Part shown: positions 48,935-62,000 of the stretch, piece after piece
How positions within the stretch are numbered: position 1 is the stretch's first letter
Layout: every line of letters begins with the position of its first letter
Source: Phyllobates terribilis
Lineage: Eukaryota
Direction: 5' to 3'
DNA: 64,000 nt
NCBI RefSeq assembly: GCF_046119375.1
Contig: NW_027362770.1
Coordinates: 179,490,001-179,554,000, forward strand
Notes under the pieces: model-generated
What the model saw: the letters and a program-made list of their open reading frames with translations, nothing else
Databases searched by the model: none
What the model was told of the DNA's origin: nothing
Position numbers and translations under genes: made by a program

Positions 48935-50404
48935 TAATTAGATACTCTCGTTGGATGCTGAGAAAGCATTCCATAGAGTCTCCTGGCACGCCATATATTA
49001 TTCTCTTAAAAAGCTTGGGGTAGGGGTCTAGGGGACCCTTTTATAGCCAAAATCACGGCCCTGTATCGCAATACGTCACCTAGGCTGAAGATAAATGGAA
49101 CTGTAGCACCCCGAGGGCTCGGTTGCTACAGAGGTATTGCACCTCACCCAGAGGTGTGATATCTCACTCTCAGGTAAGGATGGAGTGTGGATCAGGACCC
49201 GACACCTGCATGCATTACACCACATTGCCGTGGGGCAGGGCGACCAATATGCCCCTGAGATGGACACGACAGTCCTTTTCAATGGCTGGAGTGGGGGGAG
49301 GGAACACTGAGGAAGGGGAACCCTGTAGTGCAGGAGCAGGGAGGAAGCAGTTCCTGGGTGAATTGAGAAGGGAGTATAAAAGCTGGGCACCATCTTAGTT
49401 CAGTGCAGAGAAGTCTGAGCAGAAGTGACAGGGAGCAGGGGCTCTGCATGAGCTCTGCTTCGGAGGCGGGCCTAGTAACAGAGGCCCAGGCCTGGAAGAG
49501 GGAGAAGGAAGGAAGAGGAGCGGAGAAGGCTCCAGGAACGAGCAAAGAAGGGATCCCAGGGGTGCGGACGGGCGAGTCGCCACCGCACGCCCGAATCCAC
49601 CTGCGTGGAGGGGTCAGGCCAAAGGGGGAGACCGGTCCCCGAAACTAGTGGAGGCAGGAAACGACCCTCAGCTAGAAACCGGAGGCTGTGACATTTTATG
49701 TGGCGCAGCCCCTCGCTACACCCGCTAGGAGGGCAGCACATAGGGTCAGGGAAACTGGCGCCAAGTTTACCAAGAGGAGGCCCGAGGCAGCCGGACAGAA
49801 GGGTTGGTAAGAAAGGCTAGACAAAAGACACACAAAGGGGGTCCTGTGAAGCGCTCCAAAGTTATCTGGGAGTTGTCTGAGCCCCTCACCTGGTGAGCAC
49901 AGTACGACGTGGGCAGCCGTTACCTGCAGAAGTGGTCTGGATAATAAGAACTGTGAGTAAAGGCCCTGGACTGCATCACTGACTCCGTGTCGTTACTGCT
50001 GCTGCCCTGCACCATCACCCCCATCCTCCGCATACACTGCCCTGAGGCTATACTCCTCCCGTGGGGAGTTATGCTACGCTCTGCTGCACCCATAACACCA
50101 GCCTCAGCGGTCTGCCCTGCAGCGGCGGTTCACTCTGACCGCAATCCACGGGTGGCGTAGTCGGACATTTAAACATCAAAACCACATAAATAGTTCCGCC
50201 ACTGGTTTGACCACCCTGAGCCACGGAACCGGGTCGCCGCCACGAAGACTACAACCACCAGCATCCACCAAAAAGGGTCCGGCTCCGGGTGTCCCAAGGC
50301 CCAGGGGGCGCGTCAGAACATTTTCATCACCTTTCATAATCACCAATGGGACAAGGCAGGGATGTCCTCTGTCCCCTCTCTTATACATCCTAGTGACGGA
50401 GCAC
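48935..50404 (+). mobile_element. L1/Tx1 RT fragment split by a solo LTR
   Basis: ILSLDAEKAFHRVSW, then ALYRNTSPRLKINGT | FSSPFIITNGTRQGCPLSPLLY, which reads through once the LTR is removed. Confidence 0.88.
49102..50315. mobile_element. Solo Gypsy LTR, 1214 bp
   Basis: TGTAGCACCCC...GGGGGCGCGTCA with 4-bp TSD GAAC. Confidence 0.88.
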
Positions 50405-51424
50405 ACAGGGACTCTTCAAATGCAACATGGTGTCCGCTAACAAATTGTCAGCTCAAATTCTTAGCGGACACCATGTTGCATTTGTAGAGCCCCTGTGTGC
50501 CCAAACATTGGAGCTCCCCCACAAGTGACCCCATTTTGGAAACTAGACCCCCCAAGGCACCTATCTAGATGCATAGTGAGCACTTGGAACCCCCAGGTGC
50601 TTCACAAATTGATTCATAAAAATGAAAAAGTGTTTTTTTTTTACTTTTCATAGTTCTTATTAGTGTTCTTTGGGGACTTAAACCTGCAATCGTCGGATCG
50701 CTTGTGCTATATACAACAACGCCACAGTATTGCTGCATATAGCAGGAATCACAGTCTCTTTTGAAGCCGGGCCGCAGGGAAGGTTTCAAGGGAGCTCCGG
50801 AATGACAAGTATGGAGGTCTTTAACAGATCCCCGCCTGCCGTAGCAAACTGTCGGCGACCCTCGATCACTTCATGAGCACAAAGAATGATGTGGTACCAT
50901 GCCAGCGCGTGTTAAATGCCGCCGTCAGAGTTGGTAAGGGGTTAATAGACATGACCACGGCTTCATCAGAGGAGACTGGTGCTCTTTCAGATTAACCTCT
51001 GCATGTTGTCATCCAGATTCACAAAGCTGTCCGTCACTATGAGACGATCTTCCAAACGCCTCTCACACAGTATACAGGGTACACAGTATACAGGGTACAC
51101 AGTATACATGGTAATACACCCATTCCATCAAAAGTTCACCGCGTTCACAGCGTAAAATAGCCTGCAGCCCCCAGGGTATAATAGCCTGCAGCCTATAGAA
51201 GCCTGCAGCCCCCAGGGTAAAATAGCCTGCAGCCCCCAGGGTAAAATAGCTATCAGCCCACTGCAACCTGCAGCCCCCAGGGTAACATACCCACCACATC
51301 CCATTTATCATCAATTCTCTGGCCAGGAACTGCCAGCAGGAGGGAAGCCCTGAAAATCAGCACAGGGAGATGGAGCCAGCACTGAGCACCGCACAGGTCC
51401 TGAGCTGCAGGATTAGACAGCCGG

Positions 51425-54242
51425 GAATCATAGAATCATAGAATCATAGAATCATAGAATGGTAGAGTTGGAAGGGACCTCCTGGGTCATCTGGTCCAAC
51501 CCCCTGCTCAAAGCAGGATTCACTAGATCATCTCAGACAGATGTCTGTCCAGCCTCTGTTTGAAGACGTCCATTAAAGTGAAACTCACCACCTCTCGTGG
51601 CAGCCTGTTCCACTCATTAATCACCCTAACTGTCAAAAAGTTTTTTCTAATATCTAATCTGTGTCTCCTCCCATTTAGTTTCATCCCATTTCTTCTAGTC
51701 TTTCCTTGTGCAAATGAGAATAAAGATGATCCTTCTACAATGTGACAGCCCTTGACATATTTGTAGACAGCTATTAAGTCTCCTCTCAGTCTTCTTTTTT
51801 GCAAGCTAAACATTCCCAAATCCTGCAACCGTTCCTCATAGGACATGGTTTGCAGACCAGTCACCATTCTGGTCGCTCTTCTCTGAACTTGCTCCAGTTT
51901 GTCTATGTCTTTTTAAAATGTGGTGCCCAAAACTGTACACAGTATTCCAGATGAGGTCTGACCAAAGAGGAGTAAAGACCGATAATGACTTCACGTGATC
52001 TAGACTGTATGCTTCTGTTAATACATCCCAGAATTGTATTTGCCTTTTTTGCTGCTGCATCACACTGTTGACTCATGTTCAGTCTATGATCTATTAGTAT
52101 ACCTAAGTCTTTTTCACATGTACTGTTGCTTAGCTCTATTCCTCCCATTCTGTATATGCTTTTTTCATTTTTATTGCCCAGATGTAGTACTTTGCATTTT
52201 TCCCTGTTAAAAACCATTCTGTTGGTTGCTGCCCACTGCTCCAGTTTATTTAGGTCTTTTTGAATCCTCTCTCTCTCTTCTCTAGTATTAGCTATCCCTC
52301 CTAGCTTTGTGTCATCAGCAAATTTAATCAGTTTACCCTCAATTCCTTCATCTAAATCATTGATAAAGATGTTGAACAATACAGGTCCCAGGACGGAGCC
52401 CTGTGGTACCCCACTTGAGACATTCATCCAGCTGGATGTGAAGCCATTTACAACCACCCTTTGAGTCCGATCACTAAGCCAGTTATGAATCCACCTAACA
52501 GTTGCCTGGTCCATTGCATACTTGGTCATTTTTTCAATAAGGATGATGTGAGATACTTTGTCAAATGCTTTGCTGAAGTCAATATATACTATATCTACAG
52601 CATTTCCCTGATCCACCCAGTCAGTGATTCTGTCATAGAAGGAAATTAAGTTAGTCTGACATGACTTGTTAGTTACAAACCCATGCTGACTCTGGTTAAT
52701 CACTTCATTCTTATCCATGTACTTATATACATGTTGTTTAATAATTTGTTCAAAGATCTTTCCTGGTATAGAAGTCAGACTCACCGGCCTATAGTTCCCT
52801 GGGTCCACCTTCTTCCCCTTTTTGAAGATAGGAACAACATTTGCTCTTCTCCAGTCTTCTGGGACTTCTCCTGTTCTCCAAGAATTTTCAAAGATTATGG
52901 AGAGTGGTTCTAAAATTTCTTCTACAATCTCCTTCAGTACTCTGGGGTGTAATTCATCTGGACCTGGAGACTTGAACTCATTTATGTTAGCTAAATATTC
53001 CCTCACAATCTTTCTGTTTACTGATAACTTGGATTCCTCTATTCCTTTAAAAGGACAGTGAAGATCAGTTGATGTTACATTTTCTTTCTGAGAGAAAACA
53101 GATGCAAAATAGGAATTAAAAAGTTCGGCCTTCTCAACATCCTCTCTTACCATTTCTCCATTTTCATCCTGTAAAAATCCTATAGCATCTTTGACTTTTC
53201 TTTTACTTTTGACATACCCCCAAAATCCTTTTTTATTGCTTTTGACATCTCTTGCAAGCCTTAATTCATTGTCAGCTTTAGCTAACCTGATATGTGCCCT
53301 ACAGGATCTGCAGACTGCATTATAATCTTCTTTAGATATGCCTCCCTCTTTCCATTTAATAAACATTTCTTTCTTTCTTTTTAGCATGTGTTTAAGTTCT
53401 GTGTTCATCCATCCTGGTTTCCTTAAATGCTTCCCATTCTTCCTACTTTTCGGGATTGTTAACGATTGTGCTTTGAGAATCTCATTTTTAAAAATTTCCC
53501 ATCCTTCCTGGACATTTTTGTCCTTAAGGACATCCAGCCATTGGATCCCTTCTATTCTCTTTCTGAGTCTCTTAAAATCTGCCTTTCTAAAATCTAACCT
53601 TGAAGTTTGAGTCTTCACATGTCTTCCTCCTCTAGTTATCCAAAATTCTATAATAGCATGATCGCTGCCTCCTAGGGTCCCAGCCACCTTTACCTCCTCA
53701 ACCATTTCCTCCCTGTTTATAAGGATTAGATCCAAAGTAGCAGATCCCCTTGTTTTCTCCCCTACCTTTTGGAAGATAAAGTTGTCAGCAAGAGAGGATA
53801 AGAATTTGCTTGACCTGTTAGTTTTACTTGAGAGAGATTCCCAACAAATGTCTGGATAGTTGAAATCTCCCATGACCACTACGTCATATTTTTTGGAGAA
53901 CTTGGTCATTTGATACATAAAGAGTTCATCCATATCTTCAGCTTGCCCAGGTGGCCTGTAGTAAATGCCTACAATGGTGTCCTTTCCGTTGTTCTCTCCT
54001 TGTATTCTTACCCAAACAGTTTCCACAGAACTCCCAGTCTCTGAAGCTTCAATCTCTGTGCAGATATACGCTTTTCTAACATACAATGCAACACCTCCTC
54101 CTCGTTTATCAAGTCTGTTTCTTGCAAATAAGTTGTATCCTTTTAGCCTTTTATTCCAATCATGTGTATCGTCCCACCAAGTTTCAGTGATTCCAATGAC
54201 ATCATATTCCTTTTCCTGCATTAGTAGTTCCAATTCTCCTTG
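51425..54242 (-). mobile_element. 5'-truncated young CR1 LINE with nearly intact ORF2 (APE endonuclease + RT)
   Basis: GITETWWDD, VGIYYRPP, MGDFNYP, GNYRPVSLTS, YIDFSKAFD, GVPQGSVLG and FADDTKL motifs. About 780 open codons, one frameshift near 51908, and an (ATTCTATG)4 tail at 51425-51460. Confidence 0.96.
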
Positions 54243-54513
54243 GGCCAGGGCCTGTGATGTCAGTAAAGGAGGCCTGACCATGCAGAGCGCGCTGCCTGCT
54301 CCGTCTTCTCTCTGCTGTATTATCGGGCTGCTGAATTTAAAAAGATACAGTGCAACGCAGCGGCTGGCCCTGAACATCTATAGGAGGACCAGCCTGGGGG
54401 GCATTTGCCCCTCTGCCCCCCAGCCCGCCCCTGTCCCTAACGATGCATGCAGTAATTGATTTTCTGTTTAAAATTAGATCGGTTAGAGAGTGCAAATTTA
54501 CCAGCAAGATCTT

Positions 54514-57500
54514 AGTGACTCGCCCAGGGGTATATGGGGGACTCTCGGTACCCGGGCCTTGACCTTCTGTGGGATGTCACGGCAGTCGGCTCCCGGGCCC
54601 ATACCCTGGGGTCACTCTTTAAAAGGGGAATTGTTAACAGTTTTGTCTCGTGACGCCACCTGTGGTTTCTGGTAATGGGTACCAGCGCTGCTGCAGACCT
54701 CCGGGGGTGTTGGGATGGCAGCTAGGATGCTTCGGCTCCCCACAAGCGGAGCGGGCCCCCGGGGCAGGGTTGATGGAAGGAATGCAGGTGAGAGGTGGCC
54801 AGGTCGGGTCAGGAGAGAATAACAAACACGCACTCAGGGGGTTTGCTTCAGTACCTTTACTGGTGTAACGGCAGGTATGGTCCAGGGTACTCAGTAGAAA
54901 GGGTTCTCTTCTGGACTCTCCCCAGTGAGAGGGTAGTAGGCCTCCTGGTCCATTTATTCCTCTCCTTAAAGCTTCTGGCCAGCCTGGAACTAGGCCTAGC
55001 TTCTGTACTGTTTTACTCTCTCACCTGCCTGCTTGGTAGTAGAACTTTTCTCTGGATACCACTATCCCTGGATGCTGGGGCCTTCGTGGTTCATAGTTCT
55101 GTAAATTATGGTAGCTTCAGGTTGACCAGGGGTCTGGAAGCCTCCTGGTATGCCGGTTGTCCCTACTGGGTGTAGAGGACCCTGTAGGCACGGACCCGGT
55201 GTCCAGCTTGTATCCTGGGGTGAGCCTAAGATGCTCCTCTGCCCCCTTAACTCCTCTCTCCTCTCCTTAACTCCAGCCACACTCAGGGTCCTCAGCTCAG
55301 CAGCAGACGTGCTGCTCCTTCACTGATCTAAAGTGTCAGCACACTCTGCCTACCTAACTCCACCCTCCAGTATATACATATCCCTAACAGGGCTCCCTTT
55401 GTTGGTATGCGGTGGAAAGGTGGAGGTGTCTGTTATGTAATGAGGGCCTCTTGTGCAGAAGTCCGTCCATGCACCCTTTTGGGTCCTGTGGTACCTGTAA
55501 TAGCAGGGTGCCACATTCCCTCCTAGTACAACTCAGTACTCCTGGACTGAAGCAGTTTTGTAAACAGGTCACAACAACAATTACAATAACAATAACACAT
55601 ATCAAAGTTACAGTGAGTCCCATAACCAGGTGTCCATCTCACTGGTGAAGGTGCAATATGAGCAGCATGAGGGACCCGCCTGAAAACCCTCAACGTAGGC
55701 CCTGGGCGTGGCTACAGGGCATAAGTGATCCAGGTGTTGGACCACGTCTTCGGCCACGCCAAATGGGTTTTTGTTCAGTGGTCTTTTAATATAGAACCAG
55801 TAAGGGGCACTTTAATAAGTGCAACTATTTACAATGGACAGTTTTTGGCTGCTCACAGTCCTCAGCCTGCAAGTCTTTATACCCTTATGGGTAACTAAAT
55901 GCACACATATAACTTTTTCAGTTCACACAAACAATGCTATATCCTTATGGGTAACGATTTACACTGTAGGCATTTTGTACCTTATTCCCTATACCTGGTA
56001 GGGATTTGGCCTTGTGTGCTGCGTGTGGATCTACGTAGCATTGGAGTGATACTGGTGTCTGTGCATGTACTATCCGCTAACCTCAGGTCTACGTGCGGCT
56101 AAGTTATAGAACTTCCTCAACATCTCTATAGGACTGGCAAGTGCACTGTTTACTGGACCCTCAGGTTCTGCTTCAACTGGTGATCCTTCTCTTACTTGGG
56201 ACTCTTCCTGTTCCTGAGCGGGTTCTTCCAGGGTGCTCACAGGTCCTTCTTGTGGTGCAGGTTCTTCTGGTGGCTGACAGAAGTGTTTCACTGGTATGAT
56301 AACTGCTCCATCGAGTTGAGGCCAGTCCGCGGGGAAGTCTCCTAGTACTGTATGAACTACATCTTCCTTGGGTTTTTCCAGTATTATAAGAGGTACTTCT
56401 TCCTCCTGTGTCTTCAGTAGACCTGGGCACAATTTCAAGTGGTCTTATGAGACTGTTGTGGTGGTCCTACCTCCATCATTGCTGATCAGGCAGGTTTTGG
56501 TGTTGTCAAATCTGGAATTTAACACTGTGTAGGGCTCTCTTTCTCACTGGTCATCGAGCTTGTGACCTCTTCTTTTCCGCTTTAGCATTATTTATCTGGG
56601 TGCCAAGGGCTCAGCTGGTGCATGCTTGTTTTACTGGTCTTCTTGTCTTTCCCTGACTTTCTTTAGGCTGTCTTCAACACAGGCCTGTACTTTACTGTAC
56701 TGCTCTTGCCGATTTGTGTCCCAGTCTTCAGTGGACGTATCTGCAGCAGGTTCTACCACTCCAAGCTCCAGGTCCATGGGCAATTTTCCAGGTCTTGCTC
56801 TCATGAGGTACGATCGGGTACAATTAGTAGAACTCACGGGTATGTGGTTATACAGGTCCACTAGGTCAGGTAGCTTTTCCGGCCACTGGTTCCTCTCTTC
56901 CAAAGGTAGGTTTTTTAACAGGTCAATGACGATGTTATTCATTTTCTCGCACATACCGTTGGTTTCAGGATGATATGGTGTAGTCCGGATCTTCTTGCAT
57001 CCATACAGGTGACAAAATTCTTTAAACAGCTCAGCTTCAAAGGCTGGGCTTTGATCTGTTAGCACCTTCTCCGGGTATCCATGGGGCCTGCAGATGTAGG
57101 TTTGGAATGTTCTTGCTGCAGTTTCTGCTGTCAGATCCTTGACAGGGGCTACCACAAGGAACCGGGAATATTGGTCCACCATGGTCAGGGAATAGGAATA
57201 GCCTGATCTGCTGGGTGACAGTTTGATGAGATCCAGAGCGACAATCTCCAGAGGTTGGGCTGTTTTGATGTACTGCAAGGAGGCTTTCTGACTTCCGTAG
57301 TCTTTCCTTCTGAGGCTACAGGGCCCGCAATTCCAGCACCACCTTTCTATGGAACTCCGCATTCCAACCCAATAGAACCGGTCCTTCAGCAGGGTTTCCA
57401 GCTTCTTCCAGCCAAAATGACCTGCTTGGTCATGGTAGGCCTCTAGCACCATCTGGATATCCGTCCTGGGCACTACATTCTGCCACACCATTTCATGCGT

Positions 57501-58324
57501 TTTAGGGTTGACATACCTCCTGCACAGCTTTTCTCTGTAGATGAACAGCCGGCTTCTCTCATTCCACAGGTGTTTGGCTTGTGGAGGAGCATCCTTCTCC
57601 AGGTGAGAACCTTCTTAGGTTATCAGTCCTTTGACGAGGCTGACAACTGGGTCACTGTCCTGGGTCTCCTTCCAGCTGTGATGAGGTAAAGGGTTTAGCG
57701 TCTTACCATGACGTCTTCTGGAGGTGTGTTGCTCATGGACCATTCCATTTATGTGGAAAGTAGGTAATTCAATTTCTTCTAGGTCATCCACTTCATCCTC
57801 GGTGTCCGACTGGTGGGGCATTCTTGACAGGGCATCAGCATTGGTGTTCTTGTGACGTGCCCGGTACTTGATTGTGAACTGATAATTCGACAATCTGGCC
57901 ATCCAACGCTGTTCCATGGCTCCCAACCTGGCTGTCTCCAGGTATGTCAAGGGGTTATTGTCGGTAAAGGCTGTGAATTTAGTTGAGGCTAAGTAATGCT
58001 TGAATCTTTCAGTGATAGCCCAGACCAAGGCCAGGAACTCCAGCTCGAAGGAACTGTAATTCTCCGGGTTCCTCTCAGTAGGGCGAGGCTTCCTACTGGC
58101 ATAGGCAATTACCTTTTCTCTGCCATTTTGCTTCTGGGACAACACAGCTCCCAGTCCCTCATTGCTGGCACCTGTGTATAACAGGAAAGGTTGGCTGTAG
58201 TCGGGGTAAGCTAGGATTTCCTCACCGGTTAGGGCTTCCTTCATTAATGCAAAGGACTCAGTCTGCTCTTTGCCCCACTGGAATGGGGGACTTTTACCTC
58301 TTTTGGACTGTCTTACTAGGAGAT
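54514..58324 (-). mobile_element. Host Gypsy element: RNase H, integrase, PPT and 3' LTR (about 54514-55515)
   Basis: FLLYTGAS..IAYASRK..NPENYSSFELE; integrase YHDQAGHFG, CGPC, VDQYSR, TDQSPAFE, YHPETNGMCE. PPT AGGAGGGAA precedes TGTGGCACC at 55515. Frameshifted. Confidence 0.88.
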
Positions 58325-59098
58325 TGTTATGGATCCGGGTGGTGGAACCTCTGTGCTGTAGTGCAAGGAGGGACCCAGAGGGGCGTAACTAAGTATCAAC
58401 GCAGACCGACCCTGGTCGTACGGCGGCTAACAACTCCGTGACCAGGGAGGGACCGAGCAGAGGGACCAAGTGCTACTCTGGGGACGACCTTGAAAGAGAG
58501 CAGGTGGCTCCCACGGGTCAGCAGACTGGGACTGACCGGTATAGTGGATGGACACAACAGGCAGGCAGAAGTCTCTGGATAGTAGACAGGTGAGCGGGCT
58601 AGCAGGCACGGCAGGTAGCAGGTAGGTAACAGGCTAGTGCTCCCAGGTGAGCGGGCTAGCAGGCAGGTAACAGGCAGGTGCTTCCTGGTAAGCAGGTGGA
58701 CTTGCCCATAGACAGACTGGCGGGTAGAACGGAAGGCAGACTGTCGGGCTGGAGAGAAGTCAGACTGGCGGACTGGAACAGTAGTCAGGCTGGCAACTGG
58801 ACCTGAGGGCTGAAGCAGAGGTAAGTATGCTGTGCATCAACTTTTGCTAGGGCACCTCCATTTTGGAGGAGGTGCCTTATATATGGGAGGACCCTCGTCC
58901 ATTGGCCGGGAACTCCTTAGGACGGCGCGCGTGGCCCCTTTAAGAGAGAGGGAGCGCGCGCGCACCCTAAGCACAGTGCCTGGGAAGCTGCGCGCGCCGG
59001 TAGCAGCAGGAAGAGGAGCGCAGGAGGACGCCGCGCGGGGAGCTGGGAGGTGAAAGGGACGGCGTCTCTGCCTGCCAGGCAGAGACGCCGGTGCTACA

Positions 59099-62000
59099 GT
59101 ATCCCCCCCTTTACGCCCCCTCTTTTTTAGGCCAGAAAGAAATTTTTCAAGGAGAAGCGGGGCATGGATGTTCTCCCTGGATTCCCAAGTTCTCTCCTCT
59201 GGGCCAAACCCCTTCCAATCCACCAGAAAAAAGGTTTTTCCTCTTACCCTTTTGGTAGCCAGAATATTTTCTACCTCAAAAACGTCCTCAGCAGAAACCA
59301 GAGCAGGGGAAGAACCTGGATTGTTGGAAGGAGTTGGGAATCCGTAAGGTGGCTGGGAGCTTTAACTTGTAGGCCACTGGATTGATTTGTTTAAGGACTT
59401 CAAATGGACCGATGAACCAAGGACCCAACTTGTAGGAGGGTATTTTGAGCCGAACATGTTTGGAGGAGAGCCAAACCTTGTCTCCGGGCCGGAATTGAGG
59501 CGGATCCAGACATCTCTTGTCAGCATGTCTCTTCATCCGCTCGGAGGACTGAAGAAGTGCGGACCTAGTATTCTCCCAAATGGCGGAAAATTCGCTGACC
59601 AGAGACTCCGGGGCAGGCTTGTCTACAGAAATGGAGACGGGAAACAGAATCCAGGGATGTTGACCATAGACTATAAAGAACGGAGACTTGGAAGATGATT
59701 CACTCTCATGGTTGTTGTAGGAGAATTCAGCCCATGGCAGGAGATCCACCCAATCAGTATGGTGAGCGTTAACAAAGTGCCGGAGGTAGCTGGTAAGGAT
59801 CTGGTTGATCCGCTCCACTTGACAATTGGACTGTGGATGATAAGCGGAGGAGAAATCCAGGGTGACATCCAGCAGCTTACACGTAGCTTGCCAGAAACGT
59901 GAGGTGAACTGAACCCCCCGATCCAACACGATGTGGAGGGGTAGGCCATGGAGACAGAAGATGTGGAGGAAGAAGTCCTTAGCTAGCACTGATGCAGACG
60001 GGAGACCAGGCAGAGGGATGAAGTGAGCCATTTTAGAAAAGCGGTCGGCGACCACCCAAATGACTATACAACCGGCAGAGACAGGGAGATCTGTAATAAA
60101 GTCCATAGCAATGTGTTGCCACAGAGCATCAGGTACGGGAAGAGGCAGGAGATGACCGGCTGGTAGATGTCTGGGAACTTTGTTGCGGGCACAGGACGAA
60201 CAGGCTGAGACGAAGTCTACCACATCCTTGCGCATGGTAGGCCACCAGTAATGCCGGGCAATGAGCAGGAAGGTCTTCTTTTGGCCAGCATGGCCGGCTA
60301 GTTTAGATGAATGACCCCAGCGAAGAACCTTCTCACTATCCGGTACTGCTACAAACGTGTTACCGGGTGGAAGACGAGTCAGATCCAAGGGGGCCACATT
60401 CATCACTTTGGAGGGGTCGATGATGTGCATAGGCTCCTCCTCTTGATCGGAGGACAGGAAGGATCGGGACAAGGCGTCGGCTTTGACATTCTTGTCCGCC
60501 GGGCGGAAGTGTAGGACTAAGTCGAAGCGGGCGAAGAACAAAGACCACCGGGCCTGGCGCGGGTTGAGTCTTTGGGCATTCTGGAGATATGCTAGGTTTT
60601 TGTGATCCGTATAGATGATCACCGGGTATAGAGCCCCTTCAATCAGGTAACGCCACTCCTCCAGCGCCAATTTAACGGCTAACAGTTCTCGGTCTCCTAT
60701 AGAGTAGTTGCGCTCAGAGGAGAAGAGTCTGGAGAAGAAGCCACAGGTTACCATTCTCCCGGAAGAAGACTTTTGGGTGAGCACCGCTCCGGCTCCGGAG
60801 GAGGAAGCATCAACCTCCAGGTAGAACTGTTTGTTGCTATCCAGACAGTGCAGCACTGGGACAGAGGAGAAGGCTTGCTTTAAGGAAAGGAAGGCCTCCT
60901 CAGCTTCGGGCGACCATTCCTTCGGATTTGCTCTCTTACTGGTGAGCGCAGATATGGGAGCAGTCCGAGAAGAGAAGTGCGGGATGAAGAGACGATAGTA
61001 GTTGGCGAAGCCCAGGAATCGCTGAATCGCCTTCAACCCCTCCGGACGGGGCCACTTTAGGACAGCAGAGAGCTTCTCAGGATCCATTCGTAGGCCTGTC
61101 TGGGAGATAACATAGCCCAGGAATGGAAGAGAGGTCTGCTCGAAGAGACACTTCTCGTATTTTGCATAGAGGTGGTTCTGCCTGAGCCTAAGCAGGACCT
61201 GACGAACATCCCTCCGGTGTGTGGGAAGATCCGGAGAGAAGACCAAGATATCGTCCAGGTATACCACCACGCAGGAGTAAAGAAGATCACGGAAGATGTT
61301 GTTGACCAATTCTTGGAAGACAGCGGGAGCATTGCAGAGACTGAAGGGCATCACACGGTACTCATAGTGACCGTCCCGGGTATTGAATGCCGTCTTCCAC
61401 TCATCTCCTTGACGGATTCGGACCAGGTTATACGGTCCACGAAGATCCAGCTTGAAAAAGATCCTGGCACCCTTAAGGCGATCAAACAACTCGGAGATGA
61501 GCGGCAGGGGATATTTGTTTTTTACCGTGATCTGATTGAGTCCTCTGTAATCAATACAGGGGCGTAGCGAACCATCCTTCTTCTTGACAAAGAAGAATCC
61601 GGCTCCAGCCGGGGAGGTAGATTTCCGGATGAATCCCCTAGCCAGAGTCTCCTCAATGTACTCAAATATGGCTCAGGTTTCGGCCGCCAACAACGGGTAA
61701 ATAAGCCCACGGGGTGGAGTGGTGCCAGGTACCAGGTCGATCGGGCAATCATATGGCCTATGAGGTGGCAGTGTCTCTGCTTCCTTTTTACGGAAGACAT
61801 CTGATTAGGACCAGTAAGGAGCCGGTACACCAGGTAAATTAGCTGGGGTAGGTGGTGGACGAGTTGGGTGAACCGGAATCAGGCAGGTCCTATGGCAGTC
61901 CTGCCCCCACCGGAGTACTTCACCGGATTGCCAGTTCAGCACGGGTTCATGTGTCTGGAGCCAGGGTAGACCTAGCAATAGGGAGTGAGAGAGTCCGGAC

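Larger units (their letters stand above)
47760..50945 (+). repeat. About 305-bp near-identical direct repeats (47760-48068 and 50636-50945), resembling a piggyBac-like right end
   Basis: Both copies run GTTCTTATTAGTGTTCTTTGGGGAC...GAGTTGGTAAGGGGTTA, and the second ends in AAGGGGTTAA. Confidence 0.8.
45350..54433. mobile_element. Composite non-autonomous hAT element, 9084 bp
   Basis: 14-bp TIRs CAGGGGCTGGCTGG / CCAGCCCGCCCCTG (one mismatch); perfect 8-bp TSD TCCCTAAC (45342-45349 and 54434-54441). Confidence 0.85.

Noticed and set aside
54243-54377. N-terminal 45 codons of the 824-aa CR1 ORF
   Set aside because: This is hAT right-end sequence that happens to be in frame; CR1 similarity starts at about 54242.
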